From assembly GCA_964537505.1 (NCBI GenBank), contig CAZICK010000001.1, positions 11,530 through 75,529 of the forward strand: 64,000 nucleotides of DNA, given 5' to 3'. Positions 1-9,150 of this stretch are shown here, one piece after another. Under the pieces are notes generated by a model, which was not told where the DNA came from, made no database searches, and was given only the letters and a program-made list of their open reading frames with translations. Source of the DNA: an uncultured Pirellulales bacterium. GTDB lineage: Bacteria > Planctomycetota > Phycisphaerae > Sedimentisphaerales > SM23-30. Within the stretch, counting starts at the first letter, position 1; every line of letters starts with the position of its first letter. The position numbers were made by a program, and so were the translations under genes.

Positions 1-40
1 CCGAACTGAAGCCACCGGATGAGTAACGTTTAGTTTTCAT
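1..40 (-). CDS. 5' end of a further prepilin-like gene running off the window (partial)
   Basis: Reverse strand reads ATG(40-38) AAA ACT AAA CGT TAC TCA TCC GGT GGC TTC AGT TCG = MKTKRYSSGGFSS: a short basic leader followed by G|F, as in prepilin leader peptides. AGGGAGTAAGGA lies just upstream on that strand. Only 13 codons are visible. Confidence 0.3.
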   Translation of the reverse strand, partial: MKTKRYSSGGFSS

Positions 41-72
41 AAAATCGATCCTTACTCCCTGGGCCAAACTAA

Positions 73-510
73 TTATTTTATGCGTAGCCAACTAACGCGG
101 GTTATTTGCGTCCCGCCACACGATACGGCTGCCGTTAGAATCGCCGCCTCCGGGTCAGGCCCGATATATACTGTCATATCCTCCGGATTGACAGGCTGTA
201 CGCTCAAACCCTGTTGAAATCGCTCAAGCCCCGCTACCGGATTGCCATTGGCATCGACGCCGTTATACGTGTTGCCGTCATAACTCATCAAATTACCAAA
301 GGCTTCCTGATCGGTCATCGACCGCAACTGCTCAGCCAGAAATATCGACGTTGACAGATCATTGCCATAATCGTTGGCTATGGTACCTGCGCAGAAAAGC
401 ATCATCAGCGCAACAATCGCCACGCCGACAATTACCACGGAAAGCATCACTTCCGCCAGAGTAAATCCATAGGCGCCGATATTACTTTGTTTCTTTTTTA
501 TGTGCTTCAC
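73..510 (-). CDS. Type IV pilin / pseudopilin with prepilin-type N-terminal cleavage/methylation motif
   Basis: 145-aa ORF. N-terminus MKHIKKKQSNIGAYGFTLAEVMLSVVIVGVAIVAL has the G|FTLxE motif plus a hydrophobic helix. It is the last gene of the pil operon on the - strand. Confidence 0.8.
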   Translation of the reverse strand: MKHIKKKQSNIGAYGFTLAEVMLSVVIVGVAIVALMMLFCAGTIANDYGNDLSTSIFLAEQLRSMTDQEAFGNLMSYDGNTYNGVDANGNPVAGLERFQQGLSVQPVNPEDMTVYIGPDPEAAILTAAVSCGGTQITRVSWLRIK

Positions 511-571
511 AAAGCTTCTCTCCCAATGACTGGAAAATGGAAACTATCCACTCATTTACCTATCTACCGGC

Positions 572-1801
572 CTATCCTTTAACCAAAGTTGAAAGCTTAA
601 AGACCGGCAGAATAATACTCATAGCAATAAAACCTACAACCACTCCCATGATAACAATCATCAGCGGTTCGATCATCGCGGTAACGGCACGAATAATGTT
701 TTTCAATTCTTTTTGATAGTAGTCACTGATATCCCGGAGCACTTCGGACAATTTGCCACTTTCTTCACCGGCGCTGATCATTTGTACGACACTTTTCGGC
801 AGCAGTCCACTGCGTGTGAGCGGATCGGATATTTTTTTGCCCTGTTTAACCGCAACAAAGACCCGATGCCACATTTTTTTGAATACCGTATTGCCGGAAA
901 TATGGGCGGTAATGCTGATCGTATCCAGCATCGGTACTCCGGCGTTAACCAGCTCACCCATCGTCTGAAGACTTCGCGAAATACACAGGCACCTGGAGAG
1001 TTTTTTTATGATCGGCATTGTCAATTTGGCCCGATCCCACCACGCCGAACCCCAATCGGTATTAATCAGCCACAAGGAGGTCCAAATCACTCCGGCCAGT
1101 CCGCCGACAATGAGGTACCAGAAATTACAAAAGACATGACTGATCGCGAGAATGACCTTGGTCGGTACCGGCAGTGCCGCTTCTTTACCCTCGAAGATAG
1201 CCACAAACTTAGGCAATACATACGTCAGCATAAACACAATGGTAATAACGGCCATCACGGCAATAATGGTCGGATAGATCATCGCACCGCGGACTTGCCC
1301 GCGAGTTTCGATCTGATGCGCCATATATCCGGCTATTCGGTCGAGCATGTGGCCGAACGAACCGGACAACTCTGAAGCACGCACCATGTTGACATATAAC
1401 GGACTGAAGACCTTGGGATACTTTGCCAGAGCATCTGAAAAACATTTGCCCGCTTCCACGTCATGCCTGACCTGATGGAGGATGTCTCTGAACTTGTCAT
1501 TTTCGACCTGTTCGACAATACCTTCCAGGGCGGCCCTGATACTGATGCCCGCCCTGATCATCACCGCCAACTGCCGGGTAAAATGCAAAATATCTTTCTG
1601 CGAAGGAGCCATTTGGACCCTAAACGATAAAATCGACTCCAACAAAGGACGACTATTTTTCTCGGTCATTTCAAGCAAAGAGAGAATATATCCGCCCTGA
1701 GATCGCAACTGACCAATTGCAACTCTGCTCGACTCAGCAGAGATGAGGCCGGCGCTTACCTGACCGTTAGTTTGTTTTATCTCATAATGATAATTAGGCA
1801 T
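572..1801 (-). CDS. pilC: Type IV pilus / T2SS platform protein, GspF/PilC family
   Basis: 409-aa ORF with the duplicated GspF-type architecture, three TM segments and the typical C-terminus EPLMIVIMGVVVGFIAMSIILPVFKL. Confidence 0.9.
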   Translation of the reverse strand: MPNYHYEIKQTNGQVSAGLISAESSRVAIGQLRSQGGYILSLLEMTEKNSRPLLESILSFRVQMAPSQKDILHFTRQLAVMIRAGISIRAALEGIVEQVENDKFRDILHQVRHDVEAGKCFSDALAKYPKVFSPLYVNMVRASELSGSFGHMLDRIAGYMAHQIETRGQVRGAMIYPTIIAVMAVITIVFMLTYVLPKFVAIFEGKEAALPVPTKVILAISHVFCNFWYLIVGGLAGVIWTSLWLINTDWGSAWWDRAKLTMPIIKKLSRCLCISRSLQTMGELVNAGVPMLDTISITAHISGNTVFKKMWHRVFVAVKQGKKISDPLTRSGLLPKSVVQMISAGEESGKLSEVLRDISDYYQKELKNIIRAVTAMIEPLMIVIMGVVVGFIAMSIILPVFKLSTLVKG

Positions 1802-1894
1802 AATATTCCCGTTTTCCTATCTGCCCTACCATAGCAAAACAAATAATTGCCAAGGACGTATGATTTCACAAAACCAAATCACACACAATCACTT

Positions 1895-2971
1895 CTACAC
1901 ATGACACACTCGTTCCAGCTTGTCCGGATAGACCGCGTGTGCAATTGCATCTTCGCGTGATATATGATCGTTAAAGTATAACTGTCCGAGACTGTTATCC
2001 ATGGTCTGCATACCCAAAGATCGCGACGTCTCGATAATATTGGGGATTTCGAATATACGGTTCTCGCGTATGCAGTTCCTGATGGCCGGGGTACAAATCA
2101 TAACCTCGACGCCTGGAATCATGCCGGCCTGATCGACGCGTTTGAACAGTGTTTGACTTATCACGGCCTGCAAAGTGTTAGCCAGCATCGAACGTATCTG
2201 ATTTTGCTGACCGCTTGGATAAATATCGATGATACGTTCTACCGTGTGTGCCGCGCTTATGGTATGCAGGGTACTGAGAACCAGGTGCCCTGTTTCGGCC
2301 GCGGTGATCGCGGCAGAGGTGGTTTCCAGGTCACGCATCTCACCAACCAAAATCACATCGGGGTCCTGTCGCAGCGCATGCTTCAAGCCGGAAGCAAACG
2401 ACGGACAGTCACTGCCGATCTCGCGCTGTTCGATGGCGCAGTTATTGCTGGTAAGCACATATTCTATGGGATCTTCCAATGTTACTATGTGCTTACGATA
2501 TTTTTTGTTCATCGCGTCAATCATACTGGCCATAGTCGTACTCTTGCCAGAACCTGTATCCCCGGTAATCAAAACCAGCCCCCTGGTCAAATCAGTCAGC
2601 TTCCGGACCGGCTCGGGCAGATTCAACTTTTCCAAAGCCGGCACACGGTCCTGAATGGTACGAAAGGCAATGGCGACATTGCCGCGCTGAAAGTGGGCGT
2701 TAACACGGAAACGGCCCTTACCGGGCACTTCTGTGGAAAAATCTATATCCCGTTTGTCCATGAATTTTTCGAAGCGTTTCTCCGTCAGCATCTCTCGGAC
2801 CAACTCAACCGCCCCTTCAGCAGTCACCACCGGATGGTCAGTCTCCTTCAGTAGTGTATGGATTCTCAGCAGCGGAGGCGCTCCAACCAAAACATGTATG
2901 TCGGAAGCACCACTATCCATGGCTATTTCCAGCAACTCTCGCAAATACGTTGCTACATCTGTATATGACAC
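1895..2971 (-). CDS. pilT: Twitching-motility retraction ATPase PilT
   Basis: 358 aa. Walker A GDTGSGKSTT, GEMRD and LVLSTLHT motifs. PilT length, with no N-terminal GspE_N domain. Confidence 0.9.
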   Translation of the reverse strand: MSYTDVATYLRELLEIAMDSGASDIHVLVGAPPLLRIHTLLKETDHPVVTAEGAVELVREMLTEKRFEKFMDKRDIDFSTEVPGKGRFRVNAHFQRGNVAIAFRTIQDRVPALEKLNLPEPVRKLTDLTRGLVLITGDTGSGKSTTMASMIDAMNKKYRKHIVTLEDPIEYVLTSNNCAIEQREIGSDCPSFASGLKHALRQDPDVILVGEMRDLETTSAAITAAETGHLVLSTLHTISAAHTVERIIDIYPSGQQNQIRSMLANTLQAVISQTLFKRVDQAGMIPGVEVMICTPAIRNCIRENRIFEIPNIIETSRSLGMQTMDNSLGQLYFNDHISREDAIAHAVYPDKLERVCHV

Positions 2972-2997
2972 GGCTCTCTCCTTTGCCTTAATGGGTT

Positions 2998-4866
2998 CTA
3001 GACCGTACTTTCCGTAACTCGCATCACTTCGTCAATCGTTGTAAGACCTGCCTGAACTTTACGAAAACCATCATCCCTCAACGAAACCATTCCTCTTTCC
3101 TTGCATATTCTGCGAAGCTCCGTCACCGTAGGGTTCTTGATAATAATGTCACGATACGTATCATCAATCACCAGCAATTCGTACAGTCCCATCCGACCGG
3201 AAAACCCGGTGTGACGACAATGTTCGCAGCCCGAGCCGCAAAACATATTCTCACTGTTGAACCCGTACATCTCAATAAAACCGATATGCTCGGCTTCCGG
3301 CTCGTAGAGACCTTTACAGTGCGGACATATCTTACGCACCAGGCGCTGAGCCAAAATCGCATTGGTAGAAGCCGCTATCAAATAGGACTCGATTCCTATA
3401 TTAATCATACGGGTAATACTGCTCGGAGCATCATTGGTATGCAGTGTCGATAAAACCAAATGACCGGTCAGAGACGCCTGTATCGCGATCCTGGCCGTCT
3501 CCTCGTCACGAATCTCACCTACCATAATTACATCAGGATCCTGACGTAAAAGAGAACGTAACGTCGCTGCGAAAGTCATACCGATTTTCTCGTGAACCTG
3601 GATCTGCGTTATACCATCCATCTGATATTCCACCGGATCTTCCACCGTCGAAATGTTCATACGCTGAAATTCCATAGTTCTAAGCGCCGCATAAAGCGTC
3701 GTACTCTTGCCCGAACCGGTCGGACCCGTTACCAGAACAATGCCATGAGGTTGATTCACCTGACGGTTGAGAATCTCCAGATTGTCCGGGTCCATACCCA
3801 AATCCAACAGCCTCAATTGATTGCTGCCAACATCCAGAATACGTATAACAACCTTTTCACCATGACAAGCCGGTATAGTAGAAATACGCATGTCAACGCG
3901 ACGCTTGTTCATCACTACGTGAATACGACCGTCCTGAGGAAGACGTCGCTCGGCTATGTCAAGATTGGCCATAATTTTTATACGAGAAACGACAGCCGCG
4001 TGCATGTGACGCGGAGGTGACATCAACTCAAAAAGTATGCCGTCAATGCGATACCTCACCGTGAGCTTATTCTCGCCGGGTTCAACATGGATATCGGAAG
4101 CTCCGTCCCGTACCGCCCTGAGAATTATATAATTGACAAACTTGATTATCGGAGAATTAGCCGCCTCCTGTTCCAGGTTGGAAATGTCTTCCTCTTCGGC
4201 ATCGACCACTTCCACGTCCTCGTCATTGACGTTCTGGATAATATCATCCACCTGGAAATCGGTTTCGGTTGTGTCCTTGTTCAACGAGGCTAATACTTTT
4301 TTGATGTCCTCACTGGGACACACCTTCAGCAATAACTCTTTCTTTGTTTTGCGTTGTATTTCGTCCAGAAGAAAAACATTTGTAGGATCGGTCAACGCGA
4401 CCACGAGCTTGCCTTCCTCGAAACACAACGGGAACACATTATGCGCTTCGATAAAGCTCCTGCCCAAAAGCTCAAAAGCCTGGTGGTCAACCATTTCTTT
4501 ATCGAAACGTATAAACTCAAGGCCGTACTGCTCGGCTACGCACGCCAGCAAATCGACCTCCCGCACCGCGCCCATCTCCAGAAGAACCTGACCTAAACGT
4601 TTGCGTGGGGTTCTCGTATGTATCGAACGGGCCTGCTCCATCTGCTGGGTAGTGATATGTCCACGCTCGAATAAGCGATCTGCCAATGCCTTAGGAGTAT
4701 TGACCGACTCTGTCTCATCCGGCTGCCACAAATCGCACAACTCGACGCCAAGAGACAAAGAGTTGCTGTCTTTCTGGTCATATCCCGGTAAACTGGTATT
4801 TGCCGGAGGTTTGTTCATCGTTTTACTTTCACTCATATCTTTCTCCAGAGCGACCAACATGCTCAA
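2998..4866 (-). CDS. pilB: Type IV pilus assembly / T2SS ATPase, GspE/PilB family, with N-terminal MshEN-type domain
   Basis: 622 aa. GPTGSGKSTT Walker A, VGEIRD, LVLSTLHTNDA, and a C-terminal tetracysteine (CPHC...CEHC). N-terminal segment LGQVLLEMGAVREVDLLACVAEQYGLEFI. Confidence 0.9.
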   Translation of the reverse strand: MSMLVALEKDMSESKTMNKPPANTSLPGYDQKDSNSLSLGVELCDLWQPDETESVNTPKALADRLFERGHITTQQMEQARSIHTRTPRKRLGQVLLEMGAVREVDLLACVAEQYGLEFIRFDKEMVDHQAFELLGRSFIEAHNVFPLCFEEGKLVVALTDPTNVFLLDEIQRKTKKELLLKVCPSEDIKKVLASLNKDTTETDFQVDDIIQNVNDEDVEVVDAEEEDISNLEQEAANSPIIKFVNYIILRAVRDGASDIHVEPGENKLTVRYRIDGILFELMSPPRHMHAAVVSRIKIMANLDIAERRLPQDGRIHVVMNKRRVDMRISTIPACHGEKVVIRILDVGSNQLRLLDLGMDPDNLEILNRQVNQPHGIVLVTGPTGSGKSTTLYAALRTMEFQRMNISTVEDPVEYQMDGITQIQVHEKIGMTFAATLRSLLRQDPDVIMVGEIRDEETARIAIQASLTGHLVLSTLHTNDAPSSITRMINIGIESYLIAASTNAILAQRLVRKICPHCKGLYEPEAEHIGFIEMYGFNSENMFCGSGCEHCRHTGFSGRMGLYELLVIDDTYRDIIIKNPTVTELRRICKERGMVSLRDDGFRKVQAGLTTIDEVMRVTESTV

Positions 4867-4888
4867 TTACCGATCCGCTCATTCGTCC

Positions 4889-5557
4889 TTACATCTGTAA
4901 GATAAATTCAATACCTTCTGCTATCAGAACCACGCTATCCGTGCTAATGGTCTTCACAAGAAATGTGTCCGCGATTTCCTGGCCTTCGCCTACGACCTCA
5001 TTGCTGATTACACATTTCGATCCTGCAACCGTTTGAAGTTTCAACTGACTAAACTTCTTCCTCAGTTCCTTTTCCAGCTCCGCCCGAGCCTTGGATGAAT
5101 CTTGCCCGGCGTTGGCATCAATGATATAACGCGAAAAGGGGTTCTTCTGCAAATCGTCCGCCGCCACCTGCTGATTGGAGGGATAATCGTAGAAGGTCTG
5201 AACCATTGTATCTACGTTTTTAAAGAGATCCTTGCTTTCATCGTTCTCGTTCATCTCCACCAGTTTAGCTAAAGCTGTATCGACTTGCGTCTCCGCGGCC
5301 TTTTCTTCGACCGTCGCTTCCGGGGGCTTCTGATGGCGGCTGAACATAAACACACCAAACATACCTAATACACACGCGCCCAAAAGTATCATCGCCGTAT
5401 TGTTGCGCGATTTGGCTACTGATACACAGGCATGATCCGCCGCCACCGCCTCCGCTAATGCGTCCTGAGACTCGACATCCCAGTCCTGACCGTCGCCATT
5501 TTGCTCAATTCCAAATTTTCCTTCTTTATTATCCATTACCGCCTCTCCTGTATCCAA
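4889..5557 (-). CDS. Hypothetical single-pass membrane protein in pil operon (PilP-position protein)
   Basis: 222-aa ORF between pilO and pilB on the same strand, with gaps of 44 and 22 nt. One TM helix (AMILLGACVLGMFGVFMF). I recognised no family. Confidence 0.5.
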   Translation of the reverse strand: MDTGEAVMDNKEGKFGIEQNGDGQDWDVESQDALAEAVAADHACVSVAKSRNNTAMILLGACVLGMFGVFMFSRHQKPPEATVEEKAAETQVDTALAKLVEMNENDESKDLFKNVDTMVQTFYDYPSNQQVAADDLQKNPFSRYIIDANAGQDSSKARAELEKELRKKFSQLKLQTVAGSKCVISNEVVGEGQEIADTFLVKTISTDSVVLIAEGIEFILQM

Positions 5558-5601
5558 ATATAAAAATATTCCTGTCTGTTCTGATCGATCAGATGTTTGT
5601 T

Positions 5602-6147
5602 TTAACCGGTTTGATTGGCTTTGTTATCAAAGAAGATGCTCAGGGTAAAATCAGCTTCCATCGCTCCTTCGTTTTTGGGGTCTTTCTTGAGGTCCATATC
5701 CATAATCTTCGTTATACGGGGCAATTTCTCCACACTCAGCAAAAACTGATAATATGCATCAAAATCCCCGTAAACCTCCATTTTGATCGGTTGTTCGTTA
5801 TAACCTGCAAAAGGCTTGGGCTTTAGAGTTTTAAACAAACGCGTCTCCAGATTGTGGGCGTCCGCTATATTTGTTACCTGCTCCAAGACCTTATGAATCT
5901 GATGATGGTCCGGCAGTTTGCCCTCAAAAAAAGATATCGCTTCAGACAGCCTGTCCACTTCTGCGTTAAGATCCTTCACACCAGACAGCGCCTTACTCAG
6001 ATCTGACATCTTTTTATTCTTCACTTCCAGATCGGTTTTTAACTTCTCTGTATTCTCCCTGGCAGGCTCAAAAACCCAAAAATACGCACCCACCGGTATC
6101 GCCAGCAACAAAACAATAAGCAGTAATTCTCGACATCCGAATTTCAT
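5602..6147 (-). CDS. pilO: PilO-like type IV pilus assembly protein
   Basis: 181 aa. N-terminal TM helix, a coiled-coil segment and a C-terminal ferredoxin-like part. It sits directly after pilN. Confidence 0.65.
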   Translation of the reverse strand: MKFGCRELLLIVLLLAIPVGAYFWVFEPARENTEKLKTDLEVKNKKMSDLSKALSGVKDLNAEVDRLSEAISFFEGKLPDHHQIHKVLEQVTNIADAHNLETRLFKTLKPKPFAGYNEQPIKMEVYGDFDAYYQFLLSVEKLPRITKIMDMDLKKDPKNEGAMEADFTLSIFFDNKANQTG

Positions 6148-6212
6148 GGCTTTGTTTCCTTTTCTACTTATAGCAGTTTAGTTTTTCCGTTTTCTTATTA
6201 TGTATTTAGGCA

Positions 6213-6923
6213 TTACATGCCTCTTATGTGTTTACGACGGGCCGATTCCACATCCATCTTGTCAGCCCTCGCCTCCGGAGCCAGGACCACCTGCAGTTCG
6301 AAACGGCGCGTTAACTCATCTTCGTTTGGGAACTGATACTCTTCCGTAACCAGCAGATTTACCTGATTGAACAATACCGACTCATTCAGATTAGCCATAA
6401 ACTGAGATACTTTTTCATCTGTCGGAGCTATGCCGCCAAATTTAATCGTAGTATTCCACTTTTTGGCAACGACGGTTTCTGTCACTTCGGCGATTTTCTC
6501 CTTCTTATTGCGACTGTCCTTTTTACTCTGCGACTGACTCGACTGATCGATCACCTCTTTACTGGCCAGATTGTATTCGGTCAGAGAAACATCTGCCGGA
6601 AGAGCATTGGTTATGATCGCCAGAAGTAGAGAACGAGGCACCGGTTCCATCAACATAGCGCTGATCGAGGCCTTGGTTTCCATTTGTTTCTTCTTATATT
6701 CCAGCAATTCCAATTGTCCCAGTGCCTTACCCGCCTGAGTCATCTGTCTGTTTATTTCCGCCGCCTTCTCCTTGACGGCCTTTTGTCGTTGTTCGGTAAC
6801 GACAAAAGCTCCACCCACTCCACCAACCACCAGAATAAAAAGAAACAAACACACAGCGTTGGTGCGCCTTTGCGCCTTCTTATCCAGATAATCTTCCGGT
6901 AAAAAATTCACTTTGTTACTCAT
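6213..6923 (-). CDS. pilN: PilN-like fimbrial assembly protein
   Basis: 236 aa. N-terminus MSNKVNFLPEDYLDKKAQRR followed by a TM helix is the conserved PilN start. It sits directly after pilM. Confidence 0.7.
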   Translation of the reverse strand: MSNKVNFLPEDYLDKKAQRRTNAVCLFLFILVVGGVGGAFVVTEQRQKAVKEKAAEINRQMTQAGKALGQLELLEYKKKQMETKASISAMLMEPVPRSLLLAIITNALPADVSLTEYNLASKEVIDQSSQSQSKKDSRNKKEKIAEVTETVVAKKWNTTIKFGGIAPTDEKVSQFMANLNESVLFNQVNLLVTEEYQFPNEDELTRRFELQVVLAPEARADKMDVESARRKHIRGM

Positions 6924-7004
6924 AGTACCACCTTACTTATTTTGGCCTTCGGTTTTATGTTATTTCCAACAGCAAAAAATAATCTTCAGTTTTTAACTTT
7001 TTAT

Positions 7005-8126
7005 TTACTGACCACGTCCACTAAGGCACAATCCGAACGCCACCGCCCAATCCGAGTTAATCTGCTGATCGTCCAGATCGCTATGACTGCCTGTTCGGCT
7101 GGACGCCTCGATACGCGCCAGAGGATCGCCCAACTGAGCTGGTAAACCCAAGCCTTGCGCCAAACGCTGACATAACTGCCGGTCCTTAGCCTTACCACCA
7201 ACAAAAATCACCTTCTCCACCGGCTGATTGTCGAACATCAAATCATGATAACGAATGCAGCTAAGCACTTCCGTAACCAGATTCTGCAAAACCGGTTGAG
7301 CAGTTGATTTCACTGTTGGTTCATTCCCCACGACCTGGCTTTCTTCGCCCTGACTTTCCTCCTCGATCACCGTTACGCAGGACGACCCTGATTCTTGTAA
7401 AGCATTTGTTGACTTTGTCTTCGCGACAAACGACGTGTTTGTGGATACATCGTTCCAGATTTGAGCGACCAGATTGACGGTACGGCAAAATACCATTTTC
7501 GACCCATGCGCCACTACCACCTTCGTACAACTATGACCTAAATCAACCAGCATCATAGCATGATTCTGCTGATCCGAGCGACCATCCAAAAGAGAAAAAC
7601 CATTCACCAAAGCACACGCCTCGACGTTAATGGAATCGATCTCGATCTTTGACTGTTCGACAAGATGCAGATGCTGTTGTACCACATTTCGCGAGGCCGC
7701 CATCAGAATAACTTCCTGCTTAGCCTGTTCGTTCTCATAAACCTCACCTACTGTGATATGACGTATTAGTGCTCCGGCAACGTCGAATGGCAGTTTCTCC
7801 TGGGCTTCCCATCTCAGAGCCTGTTCCAATTGTTTTTCTTCCATCTTGGGTAACCGTAAATGCTGGATCAGCATAGTATGGGCGGGCATGCAGCTAACCG
7901 CCCTTTTGCCTTTGAACGGTTTGGCTGTCAATAATTCTTTGATATTTGTAATGTACCATTTTTGCAGACCTAACAGATCGCCTCGGAGGTCTTTAGGAAC
8001 CTCTGCCTTCGCCGCCGCTATCAGCTCCAGCTTGCCTGCCACCCTGGCCAACTGAATAATCTTCAGACTAAAGCTGCCCAGATCAATCCCGATAGGGAAT
8101 ACTTTTTTTCGTAATAAATTCAACAT
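7005..8126 (-). CDS. pilM: PilM, actin-like type IV pilus assembly ATPase
   Basis: 373 aa. N-terminus PIGIDLGSFSLKIIQL is the actin/HSP70-fold phosphate-1 motif. It is the first gene of the operon. Confidence 0.85.
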   Translation of the reverse strand: MLNLLRKKVFPIGIDLGSFSLKIIQLARVAGKLELIAAAKAEVPKDLRGDLLGLQKWYITNIKELLTAKPFKGKRAVSCMPAHTMLIQHLRLPKMEEKQLEQALRWEAQEKLPFDVAGALIRHITVGEVYENEQAKQEVILMAASRNVVQQHLHLVEQSKIEIDSINVEACALVNGFSLLDGRSDQQNHAMMLVDLGHSCTKVVVAHGSKMVFCRTVNLVAQIWNDVSTNTSFVAKTKSTNALQESGSSCVTVIEEESQGEESQVVGNEPTVKSTAQPVLQNLVTEVLSCIRYHDLMFDNQPVEKVIFVGGKAKDRQLCQRLAQGLGLPAQLGDPLARIEASSRTGSHSDLDDQQINSDWAVAFGLCLSGRGQ

Positions 8127-8721
8127 TCAACTGCAATTGCCTCGACTACCACTACAAATTTAATACCCATACTGAATAAAATTGCCAAATACCGTGATAT
8201 CCATTGATATTGACGTCATCCATTGGGTATAGTCCTGGAAAATCAAATAGTTGTGTTAACTCCCACTTCCTTTCTTTTATCCCTGGTTATCGCCTTTTTT
8301 ACTATCCATCACAAGAAACATAAAATACAACCCCCAAACGGTCAACCCATTTGACCGAATTACTTCTATTTATCTATTTTATCTGACCTGCTATTTCCCC
8401 TGCAACAGACCCATCACCTCCAACCCCTACAACCGTCCCAAACAACATTTCCCCGAAAACCACCCCTGTTCTAACTTTGCGTATAAGCAACACACAAGAA
8501 AAAAGTGCGAAGATCTTCACCCTCTTCGTGTGGATATCCAAGATTGCCCTCGCTCATCACAACAGATTTGACGTTGTGTTTCTTGAAAAAGGCCTTGGTC
8601 TCACGCAAGACTTTTTGATCGCCTTTGGGTTTTGTCCCCACCCAGCGATCCAGGATCGATACCCGATTTCTTCATGTCCTCAACTGGCATACGCTCCAGG
8701 TGTTTCAGGGCTCAAAAAAAA

Positions 8722-8749
8722 CTTGACAGCAGCACAAAATTGGGTACAA
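8722..8749 (+). promoter_or_regulatory. Near-consensus sigma70-type promoter (TTGACA-16 nt-TACAAT)
   Basis: TTGACA at 8722-8727 and TACAAT at 8744-8749 with a 16-nt spacer. It points toward the 8895 remnant ORF and the LamG exoprotein gene. Confidence 0.4.
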
Positions 8750-8894
8750 TCAGGATGGCTGGTTTGTTGCTTCACTAAGAGGCAAGTCCTTCTTTTGCAG
8801 GCACTTAATAAAAACCGCGGTTGTAATTGTTTTTACTCCGCCTCATAGAGGCTTTCGATTGTGGCGATTGCCATAGAGGAGAAAAGACGTAAAA

Positions 8895-9110
8895 GTGGAG
8901 AAAAAACAGTCGTTAAATAAGGTGCTTATTGTGATACTGACTGTTCTGGCGGTTGGGCAGGCGGTTTTGGTTGGGCGGGCTGTGGGTGGCCCGTTAAAGA
9001 TTTTCATTCCGGCCGGCCGATCCAACATGCAAGCGGTTGCATTACTGGGTGGTGTTCGGATTTATAATTATGCGCTTAGCAAGGAAGATATCCAGTCTCT
9101 GGCGAATTAA
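8895..9110 (+). pseudogene. Collapsed remnant of a paralogue of the downstream LamG/esterase gene
   Basis: The 71-aa ORF joins a signal-like N-terminus, PLKIFIPAGRSNMQ (compare PIKVIFAAGQSNMVG of the esterase core) and LLGGVRIYNYALSKEDIQSLAN (compare LLDDVRIYNYALSEEEIGSLAG at the C-terminus of the big gene). The 23 nt at 9054-9076 are identical to 12421-12443. Confidence 0.55.
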
Positions 9111-9150
9111 TGACGAAACTAAAAACATTTCAACATTCGGAGGTGTGATT

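Noticed and set aside
8477-8848. 123-aa + strand ORF, and a possible frameshifted gene remnant on the - strand (…KPKGDQKVLRETKAFFKKHNVKSVVMSEGNLGYPHEEGEDL…)
   Set aside because: The + ORF has no start context and an odd composition. The - strand peptide looks protein-like but is short and interrupted, and I cannot assign it to any family. It is not reportable as a feature without a database search.
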